In this document: piece after piece, positions 48,653 through 61,796 of the stretch
Position numbering within the stretch: position 1 is the first letter of the stretch
Layout: every line of letters starts with the position of its first letter
Assembly: GCA_904063045.1 (NCBI GenBank)
Contig: CAJFCJ010000008.1
Span: forward strand, 1,426,001-1,490,000
Direction of reading: 5' to 3'
DNA length: 64,000 nt
Source: Dimorphilus gyrociliatus
Lineage: Eukaryota > Animalia > Annelida
The notes under the pieces: model-generated
Seen by the model: the letters and a program-made list of their open reading frames with translations, nothing else
Told to the model about the DNA's origin: nothing
Databases searched by the model: none
Made by a program: the position numbers and the translations under genes

Positions 48653-50123
48653 ATATTTTATTCAACTTACATTACACATAGTAGATGTACATTGTCACTA
48701 TTAGCTATAAATTAATATATTACTTGTGTAATTAAAAAAATTAATATTAGGAGCATAAAAGTAATGATAATAGAGTTATGACAACTCATATTAATAATAA
48801 ATAAGCAACTTTTAACATGTATAAAACATTAATTAATTATCGTGAAATATATGTGTAGAAACTTCTTTTTTCTTTTCTTTAAAAGGAATAAGAATATATA
48901 TACTGCATACTCCAATTAATATATATATATATATATACAGTATATGTTTCTCCCAAGTAAGACTATTCTCGATACATGTAAGGTATATTGCACTGGTTTT
49001 AGTAATTCGTGCTAAAAAAGAGCTTCCTCTTATAACTTTGTATCACACTTCGATATTATTGTTCTACATTTTTCTGTATTTTCTAAACTCTTAAGTTATT
49101 TAAATCAAGAAATTCACATTATGCTTACAAAATAACAATAGATTTATTACGTAAGTGGTATAACCTTGTAGCTTAAATTTGGTAGTCACATTTAATAAGA
49201 GGACAGTGTTTTTGGCTGATATAAAAAATTTTATATATAGTTATATATAGTTACAACGAACATTCTCAACTAATATATGAAGTTTTGTAAATGTATTTAA
49301 TTTTTCCCTTACTTGCGAATGATGAATTTTCATTACTAAACGAGTTACATATAGAGTATACGAAACGATGTATGCAATATATGTTCAATGTTGTTCTATT
49401 AGGTGTTATTATTCTTAATTAGAATACAGTTGCACGCATACGAATTTTGTTTTCTTTTTATAAAACTCTTATAGTCTTGCCCACCAAATACTATTTTAAT
49501 ATGCTTAGGTTTTATTATATTTTATTACTATAACATTGGGTTATTAGAAGGTTTCAAAGTGACAAGCAGATATAAAATCGGCAAACCGTAACTAATTCTG
49601 TCGCTAGAAAAGTGATTACCACTTTAAATTTTGTTATTAGCTAATCCACTTTTTTGAAGGATAACTTAAAATAAGGTTTACCTCATTAATCATAAATGAC
49701 TGCTAACATAAAATGTACCATGATGTATTTGTCTTCAAAATTAAAGCAATAGTATTTTTTCATTCTTTTTACCTTTATTAGTAATTAGTTTTTGCAAATG
49801 TTAAAACAAACAATACTTTAATAGTATTAAGCATTAAGTGTCATGTCAAGTAACAATTAAAGAAATACTGAGGAAGAATAGAAGAGGATGAATATGGACA
49901 ACAATCACAAAGGGCGTTATTTTGTATTTGCTTTTAAAATAAGAAATTATCTTAATACTTTTTTTTTACATTTTTATAAAGAATCATCCAGTTTTTTTTT
50001 TAAAGGATTGTCGTTCACTAAAACTGTAAATACTAATATATTATACATTTATTAACATAGATTTTCTATAAAAGTTAGTCTAACACTAGATGTCGTGAAA
50101 TAACCTTGTTCGGCACAATCTCA

Positions 50124-52237
50124 ATGGCTAATTTCTCAAACAGTTCTGACAACTTCTTCACGTGTAGTGTAAACTGGGGAATTCTGGAGATATCAGCAGC
50201 TTGTGTTTATCTTCTCACTGCTATTATAGCACTAACGGGTAATGCGGTGTCAGCATGGGTCCTAGCTGCAGGAAGAAAATGTAAAACGGAATTGAATAAG
50301 TATTTGCTGAACTTAGCTGCAGCAGATATCAGTTTATCAGTATTTTGCATTCCATTCACATATACGTCAATTATATTTAAATGCTGGATCTTTGGTGACT
50401 TTTCTTGTCCCTCCATACTCTTTCTACAATGTCTAGGAATTGCTGTTAGTGTTTTCACAAACGTCGCTATCGGAATAGATAGGTAAGTTGTAAAGCTATT
50501 GACTCAAAGTTTCATTTTACATATATTAGAACTTTCGAAACTTGCATAATTAATTAAATTAATCAACTGTAAATGAGTATTACATTCCAAACAAATATAA
50601 TTTAATGTGTTAAATGTTAAATAGAGTCTGGACATAAATTGTTTGCGCCTTTTAACAAATAGGATAGTAGTTTAGCCTTCAACAGACTAACTAGCATAAT
50701 GGCATAACATAATGAAAAAAGACATAAGACAATATTTTCTAACGTGGGTCATTCAGTTCGCTAAAAGCGTCTCAAATATTAAATAAAAGTTGTCAATGAT
50801 TACATTTCAAAAGAAACTGACAAGAAAGATAAATATTAGATTTCCATGTGACAGCATTCGTATTTTAGCACAATTTGTTTTACATTTTCATCTATTTATT
50901 GGTTTAGTTATTTTACTATATGATGTAGGTAAAGACTAAGTAGGAAAATCTGATAGATTCGATTTTCTTTTGCAATCTCACTTTCTTATTAATTAAGTCA
51001 TCTATTTCTAGTGAAAAAGCATTGTTTCTCTGCTTTATAAAAGAATTTATAAAAAGTATCTTTAAAATTGGTTTATTTTTGATACAATAATTATTTTATC
51101 TTATATACTATTAATTAATACGTAAATTGAACATTTCATGCATTCGATACTGATATGTCATCTTTATTTTTTGATACTTCTCAATTGCAGTAAAAGCGTC
51201 TTGTTGTTGTAGTAGCTGATTGACGTTTATACCAGTTTGATTTGCAAACACCATTAATCGTCGTATACCTATCTATATTACGCTCTGCTGTTCAATTATG
51301 AATTAATTTGGTTAACGCTTTGAAACATAGTAATAGTAACATATTGGATCATGAAATCAATTAAAATGTCTACAAAAAAGCCGCTGTGCTCTTTCTCTTC
51401 TAATTAACGAAATTATTGCATTACAATTAGAATTGTAAAGGGAAGTAAAGGGTTAACTTATATTACTATAAATTTTTAATTGTATAAAAACTTATTCAAT
51501 TAAAACTACAACAATTAATCAGTTAATTTCTCTTCAGGTTAATTGCTGTTATAACACCTATGAAAACGAGATTAACTACAACCCGTTCAAATTTTATATT
51601 AATTCTTATTTGGTTTGCTTCAATTCTATTAGCTCTACCGCAGTTGGTTGTTGCAAGAGCAATGAGAATCTACCCAAACAATTCAGATTCAATTTGTTAT
51701 GAATTTTGGCCTAATCACTATTATAGAAATGCTTACACAATAACTATATCACTAACAACTTATGTTGTACCTCTGACTGCTTTATCTATAGCCTACTCTG
51801 TAATATCATTTACCCTTTATCGTAGACGATTACCAGGAGTTGCTGTAAGGTCTCGGGATGAACTTCAATTAACTTCTCGAAAAAAAGTAATCAAGATGCT
51901 AGTCGCTGTAGTTATAGCTTTTGCAGTTTGTTGGGCTCCTTTAAATGTATTCAACGTTTTAAATCATCTTTGGCCTAATGCCATATCTCCTGAGGGAGAA
52001 TATTTTATATCTTATTTTTCAATTGCTCATTTTATAGCAATGTTTCATTCTGCAATTAATCCATTTATTTATTCTTTCCTGTCTGAGCCATTCAGAAAAG
52101 ACCTAAAAAATTTGATAACTGGCCATTGCTACAAAAAGACTTTAAGAAACTCCAATAAGAAGTTTGTCTACAGGGCATGTAGCCGTCAAACAGAACAAGA
52201 GGCACACGAACTAGAAAATTATGAAGAAGATATGTGA
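50124..52237 (+). CDS. Class A neuropeptide GPCR (tachykinin/NPY/luqin-type superfamily, ligand unknown), 2 exons, 352 aa
   Basis: Exons 50124-50482 and 51538-52237, phase-2 intron inside the DR codon. GN in TM1, LLNLAAAD, CIPFT, W.FG..C, DRL, CWAP, NPFIY. First ATG is 50124 (the track starts at TTG 50106). Confidence 0.9.
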
Positions 52238-54639
52238 TGATTTTCAATGTTTATCTAAAGTGTTATTTACATATCCTCGTGCAAAATGTACGTATCTCCC
52301 CCTGATTGTATAGAGAGACTACAAGAACACTGCAATTTTTAAAAACAATGATTATTTTACAGTAACCTTATTCGTAAAAAATTTGCCTCACTTCCTAACA
52401 AATAATGTTGCTCTTTAGTATAATGAAAGTATTTTAGCTACTTTCTCAACAGTTATATATAAGTCGAAGTTTATTTACACTTCGAGACTACAAATTTGAA
52501 AATTTTTTTAAAGGTTTTTCAATATGTACTAATATATTTAAATATTAATAATTGTACTTGTATAATAGAGCTACAGATAACTCTAGACAGGAAGGATGGC
52601 TACTGAGCATGAAACAGAATGGTTCAACTTAGGTGATAGACAGCATTTAGTTAGCTGATAAGCTGTAATTCATAAAATCTCTAACCCTTTTTGCAGATTC
52701 AATGACTATGCAGTTACGGTTTTAATTGAAGACCGTTGAATCATTTGTCACCTAGCCAAACTTCTTTGTTGTATTGCTTTACAGTCATTGTCGAACGATT
52801 GACTTATAATTTGAGTGTCGTCAGTTGAATTATAATCATGTAGTTGATCTATTACCATCAATCTGCAAAATACTGCAAATAGCGTGCTCACTACCTAAAA
52901 AAGGGCGTAATTTCATTCTATAAGGTAGACCATTAATATTTGATCAATCTTAATTACACATATCTATCATCAGTTCACTTCGAATTTTGCTGAAAACAGT
53001 AGTAACTAAAAATTATCTCAAGGGAATACTTTTACAAAATAGAAAGTTGCCCTAAAGATTAGCTTTTTGAAGTTACTATTCCTAGGACCTCTCATATAAA
53101 TCTGATATAGAGGTAGGTAGCCACGCTTTTGATATTTGAGGATATTGCAATTAAACAATGGAGGTGAATTTGTTGGTTCAGAAATAAAGGAGATTCATTA
53201 TTCATTTGATAAATTGGCTTCTAGGTTAGTCCAGAATACACGTGCACAACAAGAGCACTGTCTTAAAATTTAAACTTAAATTAGGTAACACTCGACATAA
53301 AGCCAGCAAACGTATAACATAATTAGAGTTACATCTTTTAAAGTAGTTAGATAAAATTCAGCAGCTGCAAATTATTTCTTTCCTGTCTTTTCATTGTAAA
53401 ATTTGAGAGAATGTAATATGTATGAAGGAAAAATCAGAGACAGAGACTGGAAAGATGGTCAAATTGAATAAAAGGCTTTTTAATAATTTCTGGATGGGAG
53501 ACGACACATGTTTATGTGCTATCTTCAATTATTTTGATTTAGCTAAGGATGATAGTATCATCGCTGTTATTGAGACTGAGACTTAAAAACAAAAAAATCG
53601 TTTTCTATACAATGAAAACCTTAAAAATTTAAACTATTATGTATTCAATATAAATATTACATACATTTTTAAACAAATTATACCTATTACATTTTGCAAC
53701 AAATATATACTAGAAATATTTGCAGGCTGTAAATCTTGGAAAAAAACTCTTCAAAAACAGTTATATTTTATTTCTGCCTGCTATTGTATTAAGTATCAAT
53801 AACTTCCTTTTTTCTTTTCCTTATTGGAGGTGTTTTAGCATAAATTGTATGATTCTACCAAGTTTACAATTGTACCACGATTTCATCTTACAGTAACGTT
53901 TGAGGCAGCTTCTTGGACGTTTTACTTTGAATAATATTTATAACAGTACCTCGTGCTTGCAGCGTTTATTTTACGTATTTCTGTGACTTTGAAAGTGTAT
54001 TTTCCTGCATGAAAAGAATATATAAACAATAGTTATCAGTGAAATTTTTTCTCAGTCTGTTTTTGACACTCGTTGAGTTTGGACAATGGTTAATTAAAAT
54101 AATATATCTTAATATTTCTATATAATATATATTTTCGACTCATAAATAAAATGATGATGTTCGATTCAGAAAAGATTCCTATACAAGATTTTTATAAAAG
54201 TAATTTGAAAATAAATCAGGTCCACTTAAAATATTCCATAGTTTATTATTATTATCTTAATTTAAGAACAAATTGTACTCAAGAATGTCTTCATCATGCG
54301 TCCCGAATAATTTATAGAGTTGCTAAACAGATGACATTTCAAATTCCGAAATAAGATTAGAATGGGCGTTTGCTTCCTTCGATGTTTAGCCCTTTTCTCT
54401 TAATAGCACTTCAGTATATAAAGAGTCGATGAATAATATCAGGTTACCTTCAGCGATTCGAGGCGGTTTATATATTTTATTTCCGCATACTGTCGATTTT
54501 TCGGAATATGATCTTTTTTTTTGTAAATTATGTTGTTTCTAAAAAAAGGATAAATCGAACAGTATAAAATTTCTAACAAGATGCTTGTAGAAGGATAATT
54601 ATTGAAGGAAAATTTTTTAAATTAAAAAGCGCAAGTATT

Positions 54640-56532
54640 TTACCAGAGTTTTATTTTATCAGATAAAGTAATAAGAGATAGTGATAAAAAAATAAAAGTG
54701 GAATTTTGAGTTGATTTTTTGGCTCTATTCCAATAATTATGTGTAGCCTTTGGGTCTCTTATAAGGGCTTTATTTTCATGTTTAAATAAATATAATGGAA
54801 TGTTTGACATTCTACGTACTACTGTTATTGATCCATTATCCCATATTATAGGGCCGTATCCATAATCCTGTACTTGAAATTTTTTTACTCTCTTTTCTTT
54901 TGCTTGATTAAAGGCGGTAATGGATCTCCTCTCCCTTCCAGTACATCGCGTATTGCAACCATCGCTTTTTTGTCTACATAAGATACTCTTGCATGTAAGG
55001 TATAAGTCAATTGTTTTCTCAAATTTTGGAACCGTAAAATTTAATGACCACATGCTTTTACTGACTGAAAAGAAGGAAATGTTGAGAAGATTCTTAATGT
55101 GCTGAGGTACACATTTTTTTTCTACCAAAACGAATCTCTTCTTGCCTTCACGATGGGGGTGAATAAAGCAATGTGGAACGATTAATGTCAAATATCTTTG
55201 CCATAAATGTTTTATCCATATTCGGCAATAAAGTGTTGAACCCCTCTGAACTATGCTAATGGAATCCCCAAAGGCTGACGAGGATGAGCATTCGACTTGT
55301 AAGGACATTTTCTCATCAACTACTATAGTTCCCTTTTCAATTATACTCTTTATCTCAAAATTAGTCCCTGCATTCGATGTTAAGGGAATCTTGCAACAAA
55401 AGGTTTTTTCTAGTTCATTGCCAATATTTAATATACCATGTAATGTCCTAAAATTATTAGCTGATAATTTGTAACAATAGTGGAGGTAATGACCTATAGA
55501 AGAAATGAATTAAGATCTTACAGGATTAATAGTAAATTATGAAAATAATAAAAATATGACGAAATATGTCTTGTGAATAGTTATTTTTATAAAGATAGAA
55601 ATGAAATCATGACTATGTGAAAGTTACATGCAATAAGAATATTATGCAAATATTGATTAAATTAGGAATAAATACCCTTAAAATCGTTAATAATTAGAGG
55701 TTTACAGCTTTCCATATTTATTCTTACTGAAATATCCTGATTCGTTTTAGATATTCTTACATCATGGCAGATAGGACTGATTGAAATGTTCTTAGGCAAT
55801 TTATGAAAATTGAATACTTTATAGCTAAATGATTCAATTAATTAAAATAAAAAGAAAATATTAAAGAGTAAATAGAAAATTTTCTCTAATAATTAACTTA
55901 ATGAGCATATTCTGTTTGTGACATTCTAAATGAAAGCGATCTTTACTTTGATCTTTAAAAGCCCTCGTGACTTGAGGAGTCCATTTAGAATTCGATTCTA
56001 TGAAGGAAGAAAACGAATTGAAAAGAGACAAGATAACTTTTCCTCAGGACATGGCTTACTGGTACTCGCAAAAAGTACTTAGCAGTTTTTACACAATACC
56101 TTTTGATTCATTATATCCTTTGGTTGGAGGGATGCTTTTTACCATGCCACAAGAGCAAGCAGCGATAAATCTTTTCTTGTAGCCGTTGCAGTAGTCGTTG
56201 TCTTTTTTAATGCCTTTAATTTCGCATTCTGATACTGAATTTTCTGTTCCACAACAGTCTAAATGAATTTGCCAAGTTAGATGGTTAAGAGGACAAGAAG
56301 TGTACCAAGCGGTTGTTTCTCCTTTACAACTTCCTTTTAGATGAGATTTACAAATAACCATACAATCATTTGAATCAATAAAATCTGCCTTTAGGAAACC
56401 AGTTTCACCATCAACAGAAATTTTAACTACATCCGAGCAAGATTCTTTGGGAAAAGATGTCCTTATATTCTGTCTTCCTTGGGGCAGTTTGAGATAAGAA
56501 AACAGCATAAAACACAATAATAAGGAAAACAT
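54640..56532 (-). CDS. Secreted/anchored SRCR + ZP-domain protein (mini DMBT1-like), 4 exons, 511 aa
   Basis: Exons 56100-56532, 55898-55997, 55676-55824, 54640-55493; GT-AG introns, phases 1,2,1, in frame. Signal peptide; SRCR-like V.I.VDGE.G...D..D..D..VIC and IHLDCCGTENSVSEC...C...C; ZP-N LECHKQNML..C..C..F-C; ZP-C GSTLY..C..P..RF.LV...C..LNF..F...LYLTC..LC..C...C; furin site RERR; GPII external hydrophobic patch; hydrophobic C-tail. Confidence 0.8.
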
Positions 56533-58478
56533 AATAACTGATATTATTATTTATATTCAATATAATAATCTAATCTAAATTTATTCGTTACGTTAAATTA
56601 CATTTAAAATATCCTACATTTGTAAAAGTGTTACTATATATTATCATTTAGATAACCTCGAATGGCTTAGAATTATGTCATAAATACAATAGTCTACAAT
56701 GTAATAGCCAGCCATTTAATTAATTACTTATCATACCTACCGTATTTTTTAATTAACTAGCTCTTTACTACAATAACTGCAAGGTCATTGAACTTTTTAA
56801 AGCAATTTTTAGCTTGTTCAAATGAATGGTAACCTTAGGCGGTACAGTTATCATTTTTATATAAAATACTGCAAAAAAAATTGAGACAATTCGTTAACGA
56901 TTTTTAATTGAGCATTTATAGCAAGGTCTAAAAACAATTACATCATTATTTTTAGATGAAATAATATCACAATAATAAAACACTCAAATTCTTCTTAGAA
57001 GTTAAATAATTATGAATAATATAATGGTATAAACTATGTATGTGATGTTTAAAAGACTGCGTTGCCAATAGATAAAACTTATAAAAATAGAATAAGATTT
57101 TATTGAACAAAACTTAATTGATTATAGAAAATGAGAGTGAATGAGTGAGAGAAAAAGACAGGGATAAATTAATTAATCACCTCGTAGATAATCATGGCAG
57201 TAGTTGTATTCTTAGCATCTCCTTACCATGTAAGTTTCATGTATCAATCATATTTATATTAAAATTACATAGCTCTTATTTCTAATTAAAAAATTACATT
57301 TAAATAAGTGATATTAATCAATTTCTATCGAATTTTGTTGAGTCACTCTTCCTTTCCTCCCTATCAGTTTTATTTCTCATGTTTTTGGCTGTTACCTGCC
57401 TTTAATGATTTAATCGATATAAGATAAAAAAGATAACACATTTTACACAGGTCTATATTTATAGATGTATATTTTTAATAAGACTTCTTCCTGAAATATA
57501 TTCAGAAAATAATTTATGTTAAGAAAGCTAGAGATTGTACCAAAACTAAGAAAATTTAGGATACTTTGCAGATGTTTTGCTGACTTTATTACTTATTTTA
57601 TTTATTAACAGCTTAAGGATTGACTTGCGAAAAGAAGAAATTTCAAGAAAATAAAAACTGTCTATAAAGACGAGAAATCCATAACGATAAATGTTTAAGC
57701 AAGATATACTTAAGAAGAAAGTAACAAATCAGGGAGAGGAAGTGATAAGATTTATTTTTGTTCAATGATAAAAGTTGCTTATAAAATCTTTCCTTTATTA
57801 TTGTTAGAGTAGCGTTTTCGAGCTTGGTAACAATTTTGCACAATCAGTTTGAACGATAAATAGTGCTAATTCTTGAATATTAAAATATAAAATATTTTTT
57901 CTAAATTGAACAAACTCGGAAGTATAATATGAATTTTTATAAATAGACATAAGTCGATTTATTCCATCTTAAAGATTTTCTATAATTTAACACAATGCAG
58001 GAAACGTTTTAATATTATTTTCTTCTCCAAGAAAATATTATTACAAGAATAATTATATGCTATAGATTTACATTTGTTTGCCGAATTGAAAGAAATGGGG
58101 TAATATCGGAAGCTATAATCAAAACAAAAGTCTTTTTATTTGATTGTTAATTTTAAAAGAAAATCATTTTACATAGTATATTCTTCAGAAATATTACTAA
58201 AATCAGAAGAAATTGATAATCCTACAGCATAATTAAGTCAAAATTTGATATCTAAAATTTTAACGAACTATATCAGTCTATGAACTATACATGTAATAAA
58301 AGCTCATTAAGAAATAGATGACATAGGTCAGGCCGAACATTGTCAGCTACAAAGTCTCTGAATTTTATTTGCTCGCTTGTCTTATCAGCAACATCTATAC
58401 GGGACTTGTAGGTCGTGTTTTTACTATATATATATATAAGCAGAACACTTGCAGAAGACGTTATAACGTAATACGAGA

Positions 58479-61152
58479 ATGAGCAAAAGTGAAATATTTT
58501 ATGTGGAAAATGAAATGCACGATGTTACCGATTTAGGGTCAGCATCGAGATCAAAAATTTCTCCAGCAATTGCCAACTCTCATATTGAAAATGGGAGAGT
58601 TTCTCAACCAAATGGAACAAATAACATAGCTCGAGGTTTTTCCAGAAATAAATCAATCGAGCAGGGTTCTGTTCTATCATGTCATGATGTAAATTATGAA
58701 GTTGACTCCAGAAAAGGGTTTTTTTCTTGTATTGGGAAACCAGAAAAGAAAGTTATTTTGAAGAATATAAAGTAAGTAGAATGCATAAACTATAAAATGT
58801 CTTCTCTATACTTCTTCACAATTCTAGCGCTGTCTTCCATCCTGGAACAACAGCTATAATGGGACCCACTGGAGGGGGAAAATCATCGTTAGTATTACTG
58901 ACAATATTGATTATACAGTGTCTAATTTTACGGTCAATGAGTTTAAATATATATCACGGTTATCAGTATCACTAGTTAAGAGTCAATTTGCGCAATGTTA
59001 AATTGCTAACTCATCGCCATTTCGTCTTTTTCAACTGACTCCAAAATAGGTAGTGCATATTGTTAATTTATTTTTACAGATTATTAGACCTTCTGGCTGG
59101 AAGAAAAGACAAAACGGGACTGAGCGGATCCATTTTAGTAAATGGCAAAAAGCAACCTGAAAATTTCAAATGCGCTTCTGGTTATGTAGCCCAAGATGAT
59201 GTTGTCATGGGAACTCTGACAATTAGGGAAAATTTTATGTTTTCTGCAAATGTTAGACTGCCTTCATCTATCAATACTACTGAAAAGAAAAAACGAGTTG
59301 ATGACATTCTCGCCGAACTCGGACTTACTCATGTTGCTGACAGTAAAGTGGGAACTGAAATGATCAGAGGTGTATCGGGTGGAGAAAGAAAAAGAACAAA
59401 TATTGGAATGGAATTGATTATTAAACCATCGGTATTATTTTTAGATGAACCTACCACTGGCTTAGACTCCTCCACAGCTAATTCAGTTGTCGCTCTTTTG
59501 AGTGAACTTGGTCAAAGAGGGAGAACAATAATATTTTCAATACATCAGCCAAGATTTACAATATTTTCCTTGTTTGACTATTTAACTTTGCTAGGTAGAG
59601 GTCAAATGATTTATCAAGGATCTGCTAGTAATGCCCTAGATTATTTTGATGAGCTTGGCTATCATTGTGAGGAGCACAACAATCCTGCTGATTTCTTTCT
59701 AGATGTTATTAATGGAGAATATGAATATGTTGAAAATAAAACAATACACAGAACGAGAAGTTGTAGCATACCTGAAGGTAAGAACACTAATATTATCAAC
59801 ATAGGATTGGTGTTATAAGGAGCTTATCATATTCCATTTTCAGCCCGCAATCAGGATAGAAATCAATTAAATTTGCAATTCGAAGTCTCAAAGGTTTTAG
59901 CAAGAAAGTTTGAACAATCTCAAAGCTATAAAAAGTAGTACGCTTATTTTTACATACAATAAATTTGTAAATTAAACTTCTTTTCGATGCCTATCTTTTT
60001 AAGACTTGAAGAAAATTTAGCTGATATTTCGAGATCAAATGGAGGCACCTATAAAATTGAAAATCAGCCCGATTATGTCACATCTTTCTTTACTCAATTC
60101 ATTTATTTATCCCAAAGAGCATTTCTTAGTATAATACGAAATCCGCAAGCTGGAATGGCAGCTGTGAGTAAATAGAAATTTTGACATACATTCAATACTA
60201 CGTTCTTCTGCTTAACAGATAATGGGTTTAACATTCATGGCTCTATTCAATGGATTGATTTATCTGCAAGTGAAAAATGATGCATCCGGCTTATTTAATA
60301 GGTACTATCGTGAAAGTGATGAAACTATATAAACTAACACATAATTAATAAAAATAGGGTAGGAGCAATGTTTCAAATGACCATGAATATGATTTTTGCA
60401 AATATGCCAGCAATCGAACTTTTCATAAAAGAGAGACCAATTTTTATGTAAGTATACAGATTTTTTGAGTATCATGATATAAAATGAACCATTTAGTCAT
60501 GAGAATGCTGGAGGATTCTATAGAGTATCATCATACTTCTTCTCAAAAATTATATCTGATATACTGCCATTGAGAATAGTTCCTACAATAGTATTTTTGG
60601 TCATAACATATTGGATGGTTGGCTTTCAAAAATCGGCTGATGGATTCTTCTATTTCTTGCTTATTTGTCTTTTGGTTACCTTCGCCGCAAGCTCATTATG
60701 TTTCTTTTATAGCGCGTCTGTTGGAGTATTTTCTGTGGCTCAAATGCTAATTGCCATTACTTTTGTTGTTATGATGATTTTTAGTGGCTTTATGGTACAA
60801 TTAGAAACCATAACGAAGGCTGTGCGATGGTTACAATATTTTAGCATATTAAGATACGGTTTACAAGCAATGACTGCGAAGGAATTGAGAGATCTAAGTA
60901 TATGTGTAACTAATCCAATAACAGCAGAAATAGACTGGTAAGTGTAGTTTCTGATTCAAGATTTAATTTTGACTAACAACTTGATCAAATATCAGTAATC
61001 GAAATTCAAGTATTGAATATCTCAAATTAAACAATATAAGGTATGAATCAACATGGGATATGTGGCACTATCCGTTGGCTTTGAGCGGGTTTATTATCGG
61101 CTTTCTCGCTCTCGCTTATATACAACTAAGGCGAATAAAGAAAACAAAGTAG
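58479..61152 (+). CDS. ABCG2: ABCG2/BCRP-like half transporter, copy 5, 9 exons, 690 aa
   Basis: Exons 58479-58771, 58828-58887, 59080-59777, 59844-59934, 60004-60163, 60219-60301, 60358-60447, 60497-60937, 60996-61152. All NBD motifs intact (GPTGGGKSS, VSGGERKR, LFLDEPTTGLD, SIHQPR); long N-terminal extension. Confidence 0.95.
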
Positions 61153-61573
61153 AGAACTCACCATTGAAAAACATGTGATTAGAAATCTTGTCTTCGACTT
61201 TTCAGTAACTTTTTTATGAAGTTCACCTATGTCAAAACTTCATTTGAATAAACATTACGCAATTTAATTTATTTAAATCTATAAATAGTATATTATTTAC
61301 AACAATTGGAAAGTTAACTAAAAAGAAAGTTGTTTTTTTTATGATTTTAATATAGCTAGCATATCACTAAAAAAGTTAAAAACAAAAACTGTCTTTATAA
61401 AAAAACAGCTTATGTTCTGCCATCTATCGGAGAAAAAATGTTCAATATTTACATGCAGACGTTAATAAGAACGGATTTCCCACTCTACTCTACCAGAGTT
61501 CGTATAGCTTCAGAAAGAGTCAGAGTATAAGCTCGATCATAAGTTGATATTTTTAATTAAATATTTATAATAA

Positions 61574-61615
61574 AATATATATATAATATATATATATAAT
61601 ATAATATATATGTAA

Positions 61616-61704
<89 letters not shown>

Positions 61705-61745
61705 TATAAATATTCAAGTGTATATATGTATATTTATATATTATA
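61574..61745. repeat. (TA)n microsatellite / AT-only tract
   Basis: Near-pure TA run ~61619-61700 with AT-only flanks, ending ~50 nt before the Pim ATG. Confidence 0.9.
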
Positions 61746-61796
61746 TTTATTTATAATAAAAAGTGGTCAATTCAAAATTGAAGCAAAATTACAACC

